Below are positions 18,769 through 30,700 of a DNA stretch of 64,000 bases, piece by piece (position 1 is the stretch's first letter; each line of letters begins with the position of its first letter). Under the pieces are notes generated by a model that worked only from the letters and a program-made list of their open reading frames with translations, did not search any database and was not told the DNA's origin. A program made the position numbers and the translations under genes. Source of the stretch: Candidatus Omnitrophota bacterium (GTDB lineage: Bacteria > Omnitrophota > Gorgyraeia > Zapsychrales > Fredricksoniimonadaceae). Where the stretch lies: positions 329,178 to 393,177 of the forward strand of contig JBGAJA010000001.1 in the NCBI GenBank assembly GCA_044225175.1, given 5' to 3'.

Positions 18769-20453
18769 TGTTTTCTCTTCTAAGACAACAACTTCAAGAT
18801 TTAATTCAGAATTCTCTCCCTGTCCTACCAGCGGGGCTTTTAGAAATAGGGAGTATTCCACCCATTTTAATTGATATTCCAGCCGATATAGCCCATGGCG
18901 AGTTCACATGTAACATAGCACTTCAATTGAGTAGAGTTTTAAAGAAGAATCCAATGATCACTGCCCCTGAGATTCTTTCTAAAATCCAAGAAAATCTTCA
19001 AAAGCATCCTTTAAGGGGATCTTTTTCAAAAATTGAAGTCAAGCAACCTGGCTTTATTAACTTTTATCTTTCACCACAGGGTTTTTATGGCATTTTAGAA
19101 TCTGTGTTAGAGAAAAAAGATGACTATGGGCAATCTAATTACGGAAATCAAACGCCTTTTTGTTTGGAGTTTGTCTCTGCCAACCCGACTGGTCCATTGA
19201 CAGTAGCCCATGGACGTCAGGCTGCGGTGGGAGATAGTTTAGTTAACATTTTAAGTGCAGTTGGGTTCCAAGCTCAGAAAGAGTATTACGTTAATGATGA
19301 AGGCAATCAGATTAATATTCTTGGAAGAAGTATTCATTATAGAGCTCAGGAACTTTTAGGGGCTAAAGTTGAATTTCCAGAAGATCATTATCAAGGTGAA
19401 TATGTTCGAACAATGGCAGCTGAACTTTTGAAAAAGAGACATATTTCATCTTTAGCGGATCTTGAGAAGGTTGAGCCCCAAGATTTTCGCCAGTTTGGTG
19501 TAGATTATTTAATGGCTATGATCAAGAACGATCTGGAAGATTTTGGGGTCAATTTTGATACATGGTCTTACCAAAGTAAGATTGCAACCAATAGCGCTAT
19601 TGAAGACTTGATTAAAGATTTTAAGAGTAAAGATTATGTTTACGAAAATGAAGGTGCTTTATGGTTTAGATCCACAAACTGGAAAGATGATAAAGATCGA
19701 GTTGTTAAGAAAACTTCTGGTGAATACACATATTTAACTCCAGACATTGTTTATCACAAGGACAAATTTGCCCGTGGTTTTAAACGTATTGTTAATATTC
19801 TAGGGCCTGATCATCATGGCTATATTCCTCGTATTAAGGCAGCAGCTGCAGCCCTTGGGCATTCTGTGGATGATTTAGATGTAGTGATTGTGCAGTTGGC
19901 GACTATTTATCGGGATGGTAAGCCGGTATCCATGTCTACAAGACGAGGAGAATTTATTACTCTTAGAGAAGTGATTGATGAAGTGGGAAGGGATGCAGGC
20001 CGATTTTTCTTTTTGATGCGTCAAACCAATGCCCATTTAGATTTTGATTTAGAACTAGCTAAGAAAACAAGTTCTGAAAATCCTGTTTATTACATCCAAT
20101 ATGCCCACGCACGTATTCATAGTATTATTCGTAAAGCTCAAGAAGAATCCAAATTAATTCCACAGCATAAAGATTTTGCTCTTCTTAAGGAAACAGAAGA
20201 AATGGATATTATGCGTAAAATTGCTTTGTATCCTGAGGTCTTGATTGCTTGCGCTAAACAATTAGATCCATTTGCTTTGGTTCGATATCTGCAAGAATTA
20301 TCAGGTTGTTTTCATAAATTTTATGATTCTCACCGTGTTTTAGATGAGAATAAAGAACTTTCCAGTGAACGTTTAGGTTTAATTGAGTCTGTCCGAATTA
20401 TATTAGGAAGTGGCTTGAAATTACTAGGTGTTACTACTCCGGAGAAAATGTGA
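18768..20453 (+). CDS. argS: Arginine--tRNA ligase
   Basis: Class I aaRS with 'SANPTGPLTVAHGR' (HIGH region) and the C-terminal DALR anticodon-binding domain. Confidence 0.95.
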   Translation: MFSLLRQQLQDLIQNSLPVLPAGLLEIGSIPPILIDIPADIAHGEFTCNIALQLSRVLKKNPMITAPEILSKIQENLQKHPLRGSFSKIEVKQPGFINFYLSPQGFYGILESVLEKKDDYGQSNYGNQTPFCLEFVSANPTGPLTVAHGRQAAVGDSLVNILSAVGFQAQKEYYVNDEGNQINILGRSIHYRAQELLGAKVEFPEDHYQGEYVRTMAAELLKKRHISSLADLEKVEPQDFRQFGVDYLMAMIKNDLEDFGVNFDTWSYQSKIATNSAIEDLIKDFKSKDYVYENEGALWFRSTNWKDDKDRVVKKTSGEYTYLTPDIVYHKDKFARGFKRIVNILGPDHHGYIPRIKAAAAALGHSVDDLDVVIVQLATIYRDGKPVSMSTRRGEFITLREVIDEVGRDAGRFFFLMRQTNAHLDFDLELAKKTSSENPVYYIQYAHARIHSIIRKAQEESKLIPQHKDFALLKETEEMDIMRKIALYPEVLIACAKQLDPFALVRYLQELSGCFHKFYDSHRVLDENKELSSERLGLIESVRIILGSGLKLLGVTTPEKM

Positions 20454-22135
20454 ACAAACGCTGGATTCTCAAACCTTCTGATCCTCAGCTTCAAAAAGAA
20501 TTCAGTGATGCTTTAAATATTCATCCGATCATTGCTCAGCTTCTCATCAATCGTCAGATTATCAATGTAGATCAAGCCCGACTTTTTCTTAATGCAGAGC
20601 TGTCATCGCTTTATAATCCTTTTTTACTGACAGATATGGATCGGGCAGTTGCGCGCATTCACAAGGCTCAAGAGAATAAAGAAAAGATCCTTATTTTTGG
20701 AGATTATGACGTGGATGGGGTCACTTCCAGCGCCTTACTTAGACGCCTCTTAAAGCGTTTGGGAATTGAAGCTGTTAATTATATTCCTCATCGCATGGAT
20801 GAAGGCTATGGACTCAATCATACGATTGCTGAATTTGCCAAAAGCGTTGGAATTCATCTTCTTATTACAGTGGATTGTGGAATTACTGCTTTTGAACAAA
20901 TCAAGGCAATCAATCAAGAGGGGATTGATGTGATTGTCATTGACCATCATGAACCAGAGGGAGATCGCATTCCTGAAGCCTTGGCTGTTATTGATCCTAA
21001 GCGTCAAGATTGCCTTTATCCTTTTAAGAATTTATCTGCTGTAGGTTTAGTTGCTAAATTGGCCCAAGCAATTCTAGGATATATTCCAGAAGAAGATTTG
21101 GATTTGGTTGCGCTTGGTACGGTTGCTGATGTGGTTCCTCTTCATAGTGAAAATCGTATTTTTGTCAAAAGAGGATTGCCTTTACTTGAAAAAACCCAAA
21201 AGCCAGGTTTAAAAGCCCTTCTTCAAATCGCTAAAATTTTAGGTAAGAAAATGAAGCCTTATTATATTGGTTTTATTTTAGGGCCTCGCTTGAATGCAGC
21301 AGGACGTATGGATTCTGCCACCATTGCCTTGGATTTATTATTATCTGAGAATGCTGTTGAATCATTAGCGCTGGCAGAAAGTTTGGAAGAACACAATAAA
21401 AGTCGCCAGAAAATGCAAAGTGAGGTAGTTCAAGAAGCTTTAGAAATTATTGAGAATACCGTAGATTTTAAGGATCAACAAATCATTGTGGTTTATAAAG
21501 AAGGTTGGCATAAAGGTGTTCTTGGGATAGTTGCCTCTCGGATCGTGGAGCAATACTATAAACCAACCGTAGTCATCTCAGTGATTGATGGAATAGGAAC
21601 GGGTTCAGCTCGTTCTATTGATGGCTTTGCACTTCATGAGGCTTTTGCAAGTTGTGCTAAATCTCTTGAGACATTTGGGGGGCATAAGAGAGCGGCTGGT
21701 TTACGTTTACGTGAGGAAAATATCGAAGATTTTAGGCAAGCCATTAATGATTTTGCTAAGGAAACATTTAAAGATCAGCCTTTAGAGCCCACTCTTCACA
21801 TTGACTGTGAAGTGCCTTTTTCAAGCTTGGATTTGCCGCTAGTTGAAATTATTGAGTCTATGGAACCTCATGGTGAGGGAAATCCTTCACCAATATTTTG
21901 CTGCCGTAATTTAATCGTTAAAAGTACGCCGACTGTTTTAGGCAAAGACACTCTTAAATTTTGGGTCAGTGATGGGGTTAAATCTTATTCTGCAGTAGGT
22001 TTTGGGCAAGGAAGTATGAGAGAAAAAGTAAAGCTAGGTCAACAAGTGGACCTAGCTTTTACTTTGGGTATCGATGACTGGAACAAAGCTCCAGTCGTTC
22101 AATTATTGATTAAGGATATTAAGCCGCGCGAGTAA
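20450..22135 (+). CDS. recJ: Single-stranded-DNA-specific exonuclease RecJ
   Basis: DHH motifs 'ILIFGDYDVDGVTS' and 'VIVIDHHEP', plus the DHHA1 domain. Confidence 0.95.
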   Translation: MNKRWILKPSDPQLQKEFSDALNIHPIIAQLLINRQIINVDQARLFLNAELSSLYNPFLLTDMDRAVARIHKAQENKEKILIFGDYDVDGVTSSALLRRLLKRLGIEAVNYIPHRMDEGYGLNHTIAEFAKSVGIHLLITVDCGITAFEQIKAINQEGIDVIVIDHHEPEGDRIPEALAVIDPKRQDCLYPFKNLSAVGLVAKLAQAILGYIPEEDLDLVALGTVADVVPLHSENRIFVKRGLPLLEKTQKPGLKALLQIAKILGKKMKPYYIGFILGPRLNAAGRMDSATIALDLLLSENAVESLALAESLEEHNKSRQKMQSEVVQEALEIIENTVDFKDQQIIVVYKEGWHKGVLGIVASRIVEQYYKPTVVISVIDGIGTGSARSIDGFALHEAFASCAKSLETFGGHKRAAGLRLREENIEDFRQAINDFAKETFKDQPLEPTLHIDCEVPFSSLDLPLVEIIESMEPHGEGNPSPIFCCRNLIVKSTPTVLGKDTLKFWVSDGVKSYSAVGFGQGSMREKVKLGQQVDLAFTLGIDDWNKAPVVQLLIKDIKPRE

Positions 22136-22346
22136 CTTTATTGGCTTGAATACAGCTGGTGCAGACTAAAGATCTTTGAACTGTACCATTGTGAAGAATT
22201 TTGATGCGCTGTAAGTTTGGCATAACGACTCGGAAAGATTTACCAACAACCTTGGAACCAGCACCACCCTTTTTCTTTTCCATACCGCGTCTTTTATATT
22301 TTCTGCCAGATGTGGCGCTTTTGTCGCAAACAATACAAGCTCTCAT
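22119..22346 (-). CDS. rpmB: 50S ribosomal protein L28
   Basis: 'C.VC.K....G......KGG' L28 fold with 'PNLQ' motif. Its 3' end overlaps the recJ 3' end by 17 nt (convergent). Confidence 0.85.
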   Translation of the reverse strand: MRACIVCDKSATSGRKYKRRGMEKKKGGAGSKVVGKSFRVVMPNLQRIKILHNGTVQRSLVCTSCIQANKVTRAA

Positions 22347-22448
22347 GTGAATGACCTCAAATTTGAATGGTTTAACTTAAAACTGAAGACATAAATATAC
22401 TGTAAAGAAAACGAATGTCAACCCAAATTTTGTAATTAGGGAGGAAAC

Positions 22449-24173
22449 ATGGATTTAACCAAACTCATACCTTATGTGAACCGTAAATTTGTTCCAAAAG
22501 AGGCCAATTTAACAGATGCGGCCACGGTTAAAGGGCTTTATGAGCAATTGCTTAAGGCGCCTATCAATTCTTCTGAAGATTTGGAGAATTGGCTGATGAA
22601 TCGGTCGGAGTTAGATGCAGCTCTAAGCCAAGCAGGATCTATTTTGTACATCAATATGACTTGTCATACGGATGATGCTAAAACAGCTTCTCTTTATAGC
22701 GAATTTATTCAAAATATTCCCCCTGCCATCAAGCCTATTAATGATGAATTGAACAAAAGATACCTAAAGTTACTCAAGGATTATCCATTAGACCAGAATC
22801 GCTATGAGGTTTATAACCATTCTACTCAAGTGGATATTGAGCTTTTTGTGGAAGCTAATGTTCCCTTACAGACCCAGGTAGATATGTTATCTCAGGAATA
22901 CCAAACCGTTTGTGGGGCCATGAGTGTCAATTTTGAGGGAAAAGAACAAACATTGCCCCAAATGGGCAAATATCTTTTAGAAACAGATCGTAAAAAAAGA
23001 GAAGATGCTTGGAGAGCGGTAGCTAAGAGACGTTTGGCGGATAAAGATAAGCTTCAAGATATTTTTAAGAAGATGTTTGATCTGCGTTGTCAGATTGCTT
23101 CCAATGCTAAGTTTAACAGTTTTATTGAATATCAGTTCCGTTCCTACCATAGATTTGACTACACATCAGCTGATTGCAAGAAATATCACGAAACAATTGA
23201 ACGTCTCATTGTTCCCATCTATGGAGAAATCCTTAAAAAACGTCAAAAAGAAATGGGTTTGGATAGTTTAAGGCCGTGGGATTTGGCTGTAGATCCTTTA
23301 GGCAGAAGTCCTTTAAAGCCCTTTGATAAAGCTAATGAATTAATTGATAAGACCCAGAAAATCTTTTATAAGTTGGATGGAAAGCTTGGAGATCAGTTTA
23401 GTGAAATGAAAACTTTAAATCTTCTGGATTTAGAAAGCCGTAAGGGGAAAGCTCCCGGAGGTTATCAAAATACTCTGAGTGAAGCTCGTAAGCCGTTTAT
23501 TTTTATGAATGCTGTTGGTGTGGATGATGATGTTCGGACCTTACTGCATGAGGCAGGGCATGCCTTTCATGCCTTAGCCAGTGCGGATGATCCTTTGGTG
23601 GATTATCGTCATGCGCCTATGGAATTTTGTGAAGTAGCATCGATGGCTATGGAGCTTTTAGGAGGACAGTATTTGAGTGAATTTTATTCCAAGGAAGACA
23701 CTAATCGTTCTAACCGTGAGCATTTAGAAGGCATTGTTCATGTATTGGCCTGGGTCGCGAATATTGATGCGTTTCAGCATTGGATGTATGAACACCCCAA
23801 TCATACGCCAGAAGAACGCACACAAGCTTGGGTTGAGCTTTATCAGCGTTTTGGTGGAAAGTTCGTCAATTGGCAAGGTCTGGAACAAGAAATGGCCTAT
23901 CTGTGGCATCGACAGCTTCATATTTTTGAAGTCCCCTTTTATTACATCGAATACGGCATTGCTCAATTAGGAGCATTGCAATTGTGGGTGAAGGGGAAGG
24001 TGGATCCCAGTAAGGCGTTAGAGTACTATCATCAAGGCCTTTCCGTCGGGGGGTCACGTCCTTTACCCAAAATTTATCAAGCCGCTGGAATCAAGTTTGA
24101 TTTCTCAGAAGGTATTATTAAGCCATTGGTGGATGAAGTTTATCAAGAGTGGAAGAATTTAGCAGGTGAGTAG
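22449..24173 (+). CDS. pepF: Oligoendopeptidase F (M3B family)
   Basis: 'LLHEAGHAFH' HExxH zinc motif in M3 context. GGGAGG RBS. Confidence 0.85.
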   Translation: MDLTKLIPYVNRKFVPKEANLTDAATVKGLYEQLLKAPINSSEDLENWLMNRSELDAALSQAGSILYINMTCHTDDAKTASLYSEFIQNIPPAIKPINDELNKRYLKLLKDYPLDQNRYEVYNHSTQVDIELFVEANVPLQTQVDMLSQEYQTVCGAMSVNFEGKEQTLPQMGKYLLETDRKKREDAWRAVAKRRLADKDKLQDIFKKMFDLRCQIASNAKFNSFIEYQFRSYHRFDYTSADCKKYHETIERLIVPIYGEILKKRQKEMGLDSLRPWDLAVDPLGRSPLKPFDKANELIDKTQKIFYKLDGKLGDQFSEMKTLNLLDLESRKGKAPGGYQNTLSEARKPFIFMNAVGVDDDVRTLLHEAGHAFHALASADDPLVDYRHAPMEFCEVASMAMELLGGQYLSEFYSKEDTNRSNREHLEGIVHVLAWVANIDAFQHWMYEHPNHTPEERTQAWVELYQRFGGKFVNWQGLEQEMAYLWHRQLHIFEVPFYYIEYGIAQLGALQLWVKGKVDPSKALEYYHQGLSVGGSRPLPKIYQAAGIKFDFSEGIIKPLVDEVYQEWKNLAGE

Positions 24174-24698
24174 ATGAAGAAGTTAAGTCATGAAGAAATT
24201 GTGACTCGTCAAAGTGCTAAATTGGCAAGCCCACGCCTGCCATTTTGTGTCGTTCTCAACAATATCCGCAGTCTGCACAATGTCGGCTCTATTTTTCGAA
24301 CAGCTGATGGAGTGGGAGTTGAGAAAATTTGGCTCTGTGGAATTACTGGTTATCCACCCCAAGGTGGGATTACAAAAGCTTCTTTAGGAGCAGAGGATCA
24401 TGTTCCTTGGGATTACAGGCAAGATGGCCTTAAACTTCTTAAAGAGCTGAAATCCAAAGGCTATCAAATTGTCTTTCTTGAACAGATGCAAGGTGCCATC
24501 TCTCACGAGCAATTTATTCCTAAATCCCCCGTGTGTTTAGTCATAGGAAATGAAGTTACAGGTGTCTCAGAAGAATGGCTAAATCTCTGTGATCAAGCCG
24601 TTGAAATCGACATGGCTGGCATCAAGAATTCCCTCAATGTAGCTGTCGCCTTTGGAGTAATGGCCTACCAAATTCGTTCTACCTTTAAAGTCACATAA
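24174..24698 (+). CDS. TrmH/SpoU family RNA 2'-O-methyltransferase
   Basis: 'VVLNNIRSLHNVGSIFRTADGVGV' and 'LVIGNEVTGVSEEWL' SpoU motifs. Confidence 0.75.
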   Translation: MKKLSHEEIVTRQSAKLASPRLPFCVVLNNIRSLHNVGSIFRTADGVGVEKIWLCGITGYPPQGGITKASLGAEDHVPWDYRQDGLKLLKELKSKGYQIVFLEQMQGAISHEQFIPKSPVCLVIGNEVTGVSEEWLNLCDQAVEIDMAGIKNSLNVAVAFGVMAYQIRSTFKVT

Positions 24699-24745
24699 AC
24701 CTCTCTAAATTGGCATCTGTATTATATATATAGTAAACTCTCAGT

Positions 24746-27700
24746 ATGCTTAAGATTTATTGCTTCCGAAGGACTCTGTGCCTGGGACTAATTTTTGCTT
24801 TTTTGCTTAATACCATTGGCCCATTGCCAGCTTATGCTCACGAACCTCGCCTCCGGAACCTCGTAGGTTCCGAAGGCCAGGTTCCGCAAGGTTTGCCTAA
24901 GCCTGGGGTCATGGTCCATCTAAGCGCCCCTGTAAATCCCCCTTTGCTCAAAGGAATCAAAGTCCATCCAGATAACCCTTTTAGGTTCGATTTTATCCTG
25001 GATACAGGGTATGTCTCCGTCGAGGATACAGATAATTTAAGGCAAGAATCCAGCCGTCTAATCAAGTACTTTTTAGCCTCTTTAACCACCCCAGAAGCCG
25101 ACCTATGGGTGAACCTAAGCCCCTATGAGAAGAATCGTATAGTTCCCGAAAGCTTTGGCCAAACCGAGATGGGCCGAGACCTCCTAGCCCAGGACTACAT
25201 GCTCAAACAAATCACAGCCAGTTTAATGTACCCAGAAGATGGGGTAGGAAAGAGGTTTTGGAAGAGAATCTATGAAGAATCGGCCAAAAGGTATGGAACA
25301 ACCAATATTCCGGTCAATACCTTCAATAAAGTATGGATAGTCCCTGAGAAGGCAGTAGTGTATGAGAATGCCAAGGCAGGGACGGCGTATGTGGTGGAAT
25401 CCAGGTTGAAGGTGATGTTGGAGGAGGATTATGTATCTGTGCAGAAACATTCAAAAACATTGTCGTCCCCGAATGTTTTAGTCGGGGACCTAGGACACGA
25501 GGGTGCTAGATTCCCGACAAAAGCATTCGGGAATGACAAGGATGTTAATATAGGTAATCAAATCATCCGCGAAATCGTCATCCCCGAATTAACCAAGGAA
25601 ATCAATGAAGGATCGAATTTCGCCCAATTGCGTCAGGTCTATAACAGTCTGATCCTGGCCACCTGGTACAAGAAGAAAATTAAAGATTCAATCTTTACGA
25701 AGGTTTATGTGGATCGGAATAAGGTTGTGGGTCTTGGGTATATGGGAGGTGAGCCACAACAAATCTACCAACGCTACCTGAATGCCTTCAAGAAAGGTGT
25801 TTACAATTATATCAAGGAAGAATCCGATCCAATTTCCCAGAAACGTGTCACAAGAAAATATTTTAGCGGAGGCACTACATTTAACGATCAAGCCATGAAT
25901 GCAGTATTTCATACTACCCAAGATGGTACAAAAATTATTAAGATGGCAATTGATAATTCAGTTATTGTTCAGGTTGGCATAAAAGATTTTGCTATGGCTA
26001 GTACTAAACTCAAATCTCCGTCTGATATATTGGTTTATACACCTGAAAATGGAGCCACTGTAAAAAAGGGTAGAATAACTGGAGCTAAGCCAGTTGAAAT
26101 TTTTCCCAACGCGATCTGGGCAACAAGAAATATATCTCAACTTGTACAAGGTAATGAATTTCTTGTAGATATTCCATTAACCAAGGATAAAAAATTTCGT
26201 CTTTTAGGAGTGGATTGGAATTTAAGAGGAGGATCTGAAGGAGAAAGAATAGTAGCGCAGTTTAGAAAAGAGGACGGAAATTATGTTTTAATAACTGCTT
26301 ACAATGAAGCAGGAGAAGTAATTTACGAAAAAGATATTGATTCAAAGATTGAACAAAACAAAGAAGCAAAAGTTTATACTCCTGGGTCAGGAGCAAAGAT
26401 TGAAAATGGAAAAATTGTAGGAAAACCCACTGATAAATTTCCTCAAAACGCAGCCACGCGAAGACTATTAGAGCTAAATTTAGAAGAGTTTTATTTAGAT
26501 GTCAAACTCAATAGTGGAGGACAACTAAATCTTTTTCAAGAGAATTGGTGGGGCAAGAAGACAGAGTATGCAGACCAAAGAGTAAGTGTTCATTTTAAGA
26601 AAGAAAAAGGAGCGTACCAACTAGTAGCTGCTTATGACAAAGACGGAAATCTCATTTATCCTATTTCTGAAGATGAACAAATCCAATTATTTATTCCTTC
26701 TGATAAAACTCGTATTGAAAATGGAAAAGTTATCGGTACGCCTAGTCAAACATATTCTAATAAACATACCGCCATTAAATCTATTGATCTTCCGGAGTTT
26801 TATATAAAACTCCGTCTTAATCAATACGGTGGGCTTAATATGTGGGGACAACAAATGGCTCCCCGAAAAGGCTATGAAAATGCTGAAGTTCTCGTTCATT
26901 TCAAAAAATTTGAAGATACATATACCGCCATAGCTATTTATGACGCAAATGGAGAACAAATCGAACAGGAAGCCCCTGAACAAGTCGTTATTTATATTCC
27001 CAAAGAAGGGACAAGGTTAGAGAACGGAAAGATTGTTGGTAAAGCTTCACGTACATATGACAGTAGAATTTGGGCGGCCCGTGAATTAATGACTGATATC
27101 GCAAATTCACCAGAAGAATTTTACACTGAATTGACTTTAACCGATAAGGGCGGCTTTTCTTTCTTTAGTAAATGGTGGGCATCAAAAAAAGGTTACGAAA
27201 AGGCAAAAATTACAGCTCACTTTCGAAAAGTTAAGAATGAGTATGATCTGGTCGCTGTATATGATTCTAATGGTCAAGAAATCTATAGCCAAAATAAACA
27301 ACAAGAAGGGAAGATAGAAATTTTTACCCCTCAAAATGGTTCGCATATCAAAGATGGATTGCTTCAAGCCGGTCAACCTGAAACTGTTTTGTATCATGCA
27401 AGATCTGTACCAACCTATCTTGAAGATCACCCTCTTGAAGAATTTTTTGTAAGAACACATTTGGATGATAAGGGTGGTTTTTATCTAATGGGAGAGCATT
27501 GGTGGACGAGTAAAAGTGGTTCTGAAAATGTAGAGGTGGTCGTCCACTTTAAGAAAAATGAAGAAGGACAATATGAGTTGGAAGCTGCTTATGACCAAAA
27601 AGGTCAAGATTTAACCGTTGAAAAAGAACCAATAAAGATCTATGCCTCTAGAAATGGAGCAACAATTGTTCAAGGGAAAATATCAGGACAACCTGTTAGT

Positions 27701-30700
27701 CAATTTCCTAAGAAGACGCAAGCGTTACGCTTATTGAAGCAGTTGGATAGTGAAGATATTTATCTAGAAGTCACTCTTAGTAATGATGGTGGTTTTCTTA
27801 TTAGTTCTTATCGTAAATTAGCTTTGCCAGGCTATGAAAATACAAAAGTATTACTTCATTTTCAAAATAAAAATTCAAAAAAGAACCTTATCAATGTATA
27901 TGACAGCCAAGGCAATGTTATCTGGGGAGAAATTTACGATAGTAAAACAAGAGTTTATATCGCAGACAATGAAGTAAAATTAAATGAAGGAAAGGTTGTT
28001 GGTCAACCGGCAGAAACATTTACTACTCAAAGGGATGCTATTAAATTTGTTACTGCAAGAAAAATTAAGGAATTTTATTTAACTACTCCACTCACATCAC
28101 AGGCAGGTATTTACTTAGGCAGAGATTTTTGGCAATCAGATAATATAAGAAAACACCAGAACTCACTTGCTACTCTCCATTTTCGTTTAAATGAAGGCTC
28201 CCAATATGAACTTGTAGCGAGCTATGATCAAGATGGTAGGCGGTTGAACTTAATAAAAGTTAAATCTGATGAGATTATTGAAATTCACACTTCCGAAGGT
28301 GGATCAAAAATAGAAAATGGGTTTATTGTAGGAGAACCAATCGAGATATCTTCTAGTAAACTTGCCGCACAGCAGATTGTATCAGCAATGAGTCACTCCG
28401 ATGTTTTTGTAAAAATGCGTATAGGAGAAATGGGCAAAATTAGTTTTATGGGGCATTGGGCAAGCAGGTCTAATTCTGCCAATAAAGAAGTGCATTCGCA
28501 TTTTAAAAAACAAGATATGAGATATGTGTTGGTTGCTGCCTATGAGGCTGGTCAGAAAATTTATCCGAAAGAAGAGAACGAACAGGATAAGATCAGTATT
28601 TATAGCGCACATACAGGGGCTGTAATTGAGGAAGGGAAAATTAAAGGTCAACCTATTGAAACATTTAGTGACAAGATTCAAGCGTCATTGACTATACAAT
28701 CAATGGGATTGACAGACTTTTTTGTAAAAATGCGTTTGGATGGACAGGGTAAGCTATATTTTCTTGGAAGACATTGGTGGGGAGGCAAGAAAGGTCATGA
28801 AGATGCAGAGGTTTTGATACATTTTAAAAAGAGTCCAGAAAAAGGTTATGAATTAATTGATGCCTATGATAATCAAGGTAATTTAATCTACCCTACTGGA
28901 AAAAGAGATCCTTATAGTGTAGAAAGAAAAAGATTTAACGTAATGATTGGGGCCGAAGAAGCTCAAAAATTACTAGAAACATTAGGGCTGGAGGCCACAT
29001 TTGGACTTCTTTCACGGGCACATGGCTTCACCCCAACATTCCTTGCTCAAACACTAACGGGTTATGCCGAGAAAATACAAAGTGAAGGTAATCAGTTTGG
29101 GTATGCTTCAAATCGTAGTTTTTCATTTGTTCAAGCGCGACAATCCAACGTTTTTAGTAAAATTGAGCCTGATAAGCTGGATGTAGTTGTCGAGACATTG
29201 ATAAGAAGCATGTATAAGGATGTTGTTGAAGATAATCATTTTCTTAATGTTTTAAGAGAGCAAAGTGAAAATCCTTCCAATGGAGACATGCTGCAAAAAG
29301 CTTATAAACAAGTAGCTGATTATTATGACCATCAATTAAAAATCGAAATGGGAGGCATTGATGAAACAGCTATTTTACCGAAACTATACCAGAGGATTGG
29401 CGCGCAGTTTTTAATTGATAGAAAGCATGCCATTCTAGCTGATGAACCTGGTTTAGGAAAAACACTAGAAGCGATCATGGCAGTTGTGAATGTGCCGGAA
29501 TTTGACAAAGATGTAAGAGATGCGGGTTATCGAGAAGGTGAAATGATAGAGCCAAAAGAGAAGATTTTAATTATTGCACCTAAAAGAGCAGCTGATCGTG
29601 TATGGAAAAGAGAAATCCAAGCATATACAACGGGTCGTTTAAAGGTTGAAGTAGTTAACCGATCAAAAATTCGTAGCCGTTCAACAGTAGATAAAAACCC
29701 CGAATTAAATCTAAAAAGAAGATTTGATAGAATCAAGCAGGCCCAAGTTCTTATTGTTAATCCTTATGCAATTGCAGGAGAAGATGGTAACGGATTGCTT
29801 TTAAGAGAACATCTTAAGCAGTTTAAATATAAGGTCATCATATTGGATGAAGCTCATAATATTCGTAATGAAAGTACATTGACTGATGCTGTCCGTGAAT
29901 TTGATGCTGAATATAAATTCGCTTTGACTGCGACTCCTTTGGTTGGACAAACAGTTGCAAAATTATTTAATTTACTTCAATGGCTATATCCAGAACGGTA
30001 TAAAGATAAATGGAACTTTTCAGTTAAATATGCTGGCAGAGAGAAGGCATTTTTATTAAGACAAGAGTTGCGGCCATTTTTGTTAAGACGAACAAAAGTG
30101 GATGTTACAGACATGCCTTTAAAGAATTATGTTAACGTTCCCGTAAGCCTTACTGATGAAGAAAGACAATTTTATTTAGAGGTTGCAAATTACTTCTCAA
30201 TCTGGATAAAAAGTTCTATTAGACAAAATGATCCAAAATATTATTTGAAGATTCTTTCTCAACTTTCTCGACTACGCTTAGCAGCCCTCAATACGGGATT
30301 GATTATTCGCCTTCAAAATAATGGAGAAAAGATTTTTGCTTATACTGGAGGAAGCTTCACTCTGGGCAATCGTAAGTATAGATTTACTAAAGAAAAGGAA
30401 GTTATTGTTGGTTTGAAGGATGAAGAGGGGCATGAATTTCGTTTTGAAAAAGGGAAGTCAGGTACTCAAGTTACTATTGATAAGAAAGTTTATGAAGTTC
30501 AGGTTAAGGATAATTTAAATCCAAGCCGGTATTTAGCTATTGATAAAATTATAGAGGAGAAAATAGCTAAAGGGGAAAAGGTTATTCTAAATACGAATTA
30601 TCGGGAAGTTGTTTTTCAATTAGCGGCTCGGTATAAACATTATGGGGTGAATTATGCATTTGGTGATATGACAAGCTCCCAAGTTGATAGTGAAATTGAA

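Noticed and set aside
24838-29736. Several 60-100 aa minus-strand ORFs inside the giant gene (24838-25089, 25223-25450, 26687-26983, 27182-27460, 28382-28681, 29527-29736)
   Set aside because: They are shadow ORFs antisense to a clearly coding frame. Their composition is AT-rich and low-complexity, and they have no RBS.
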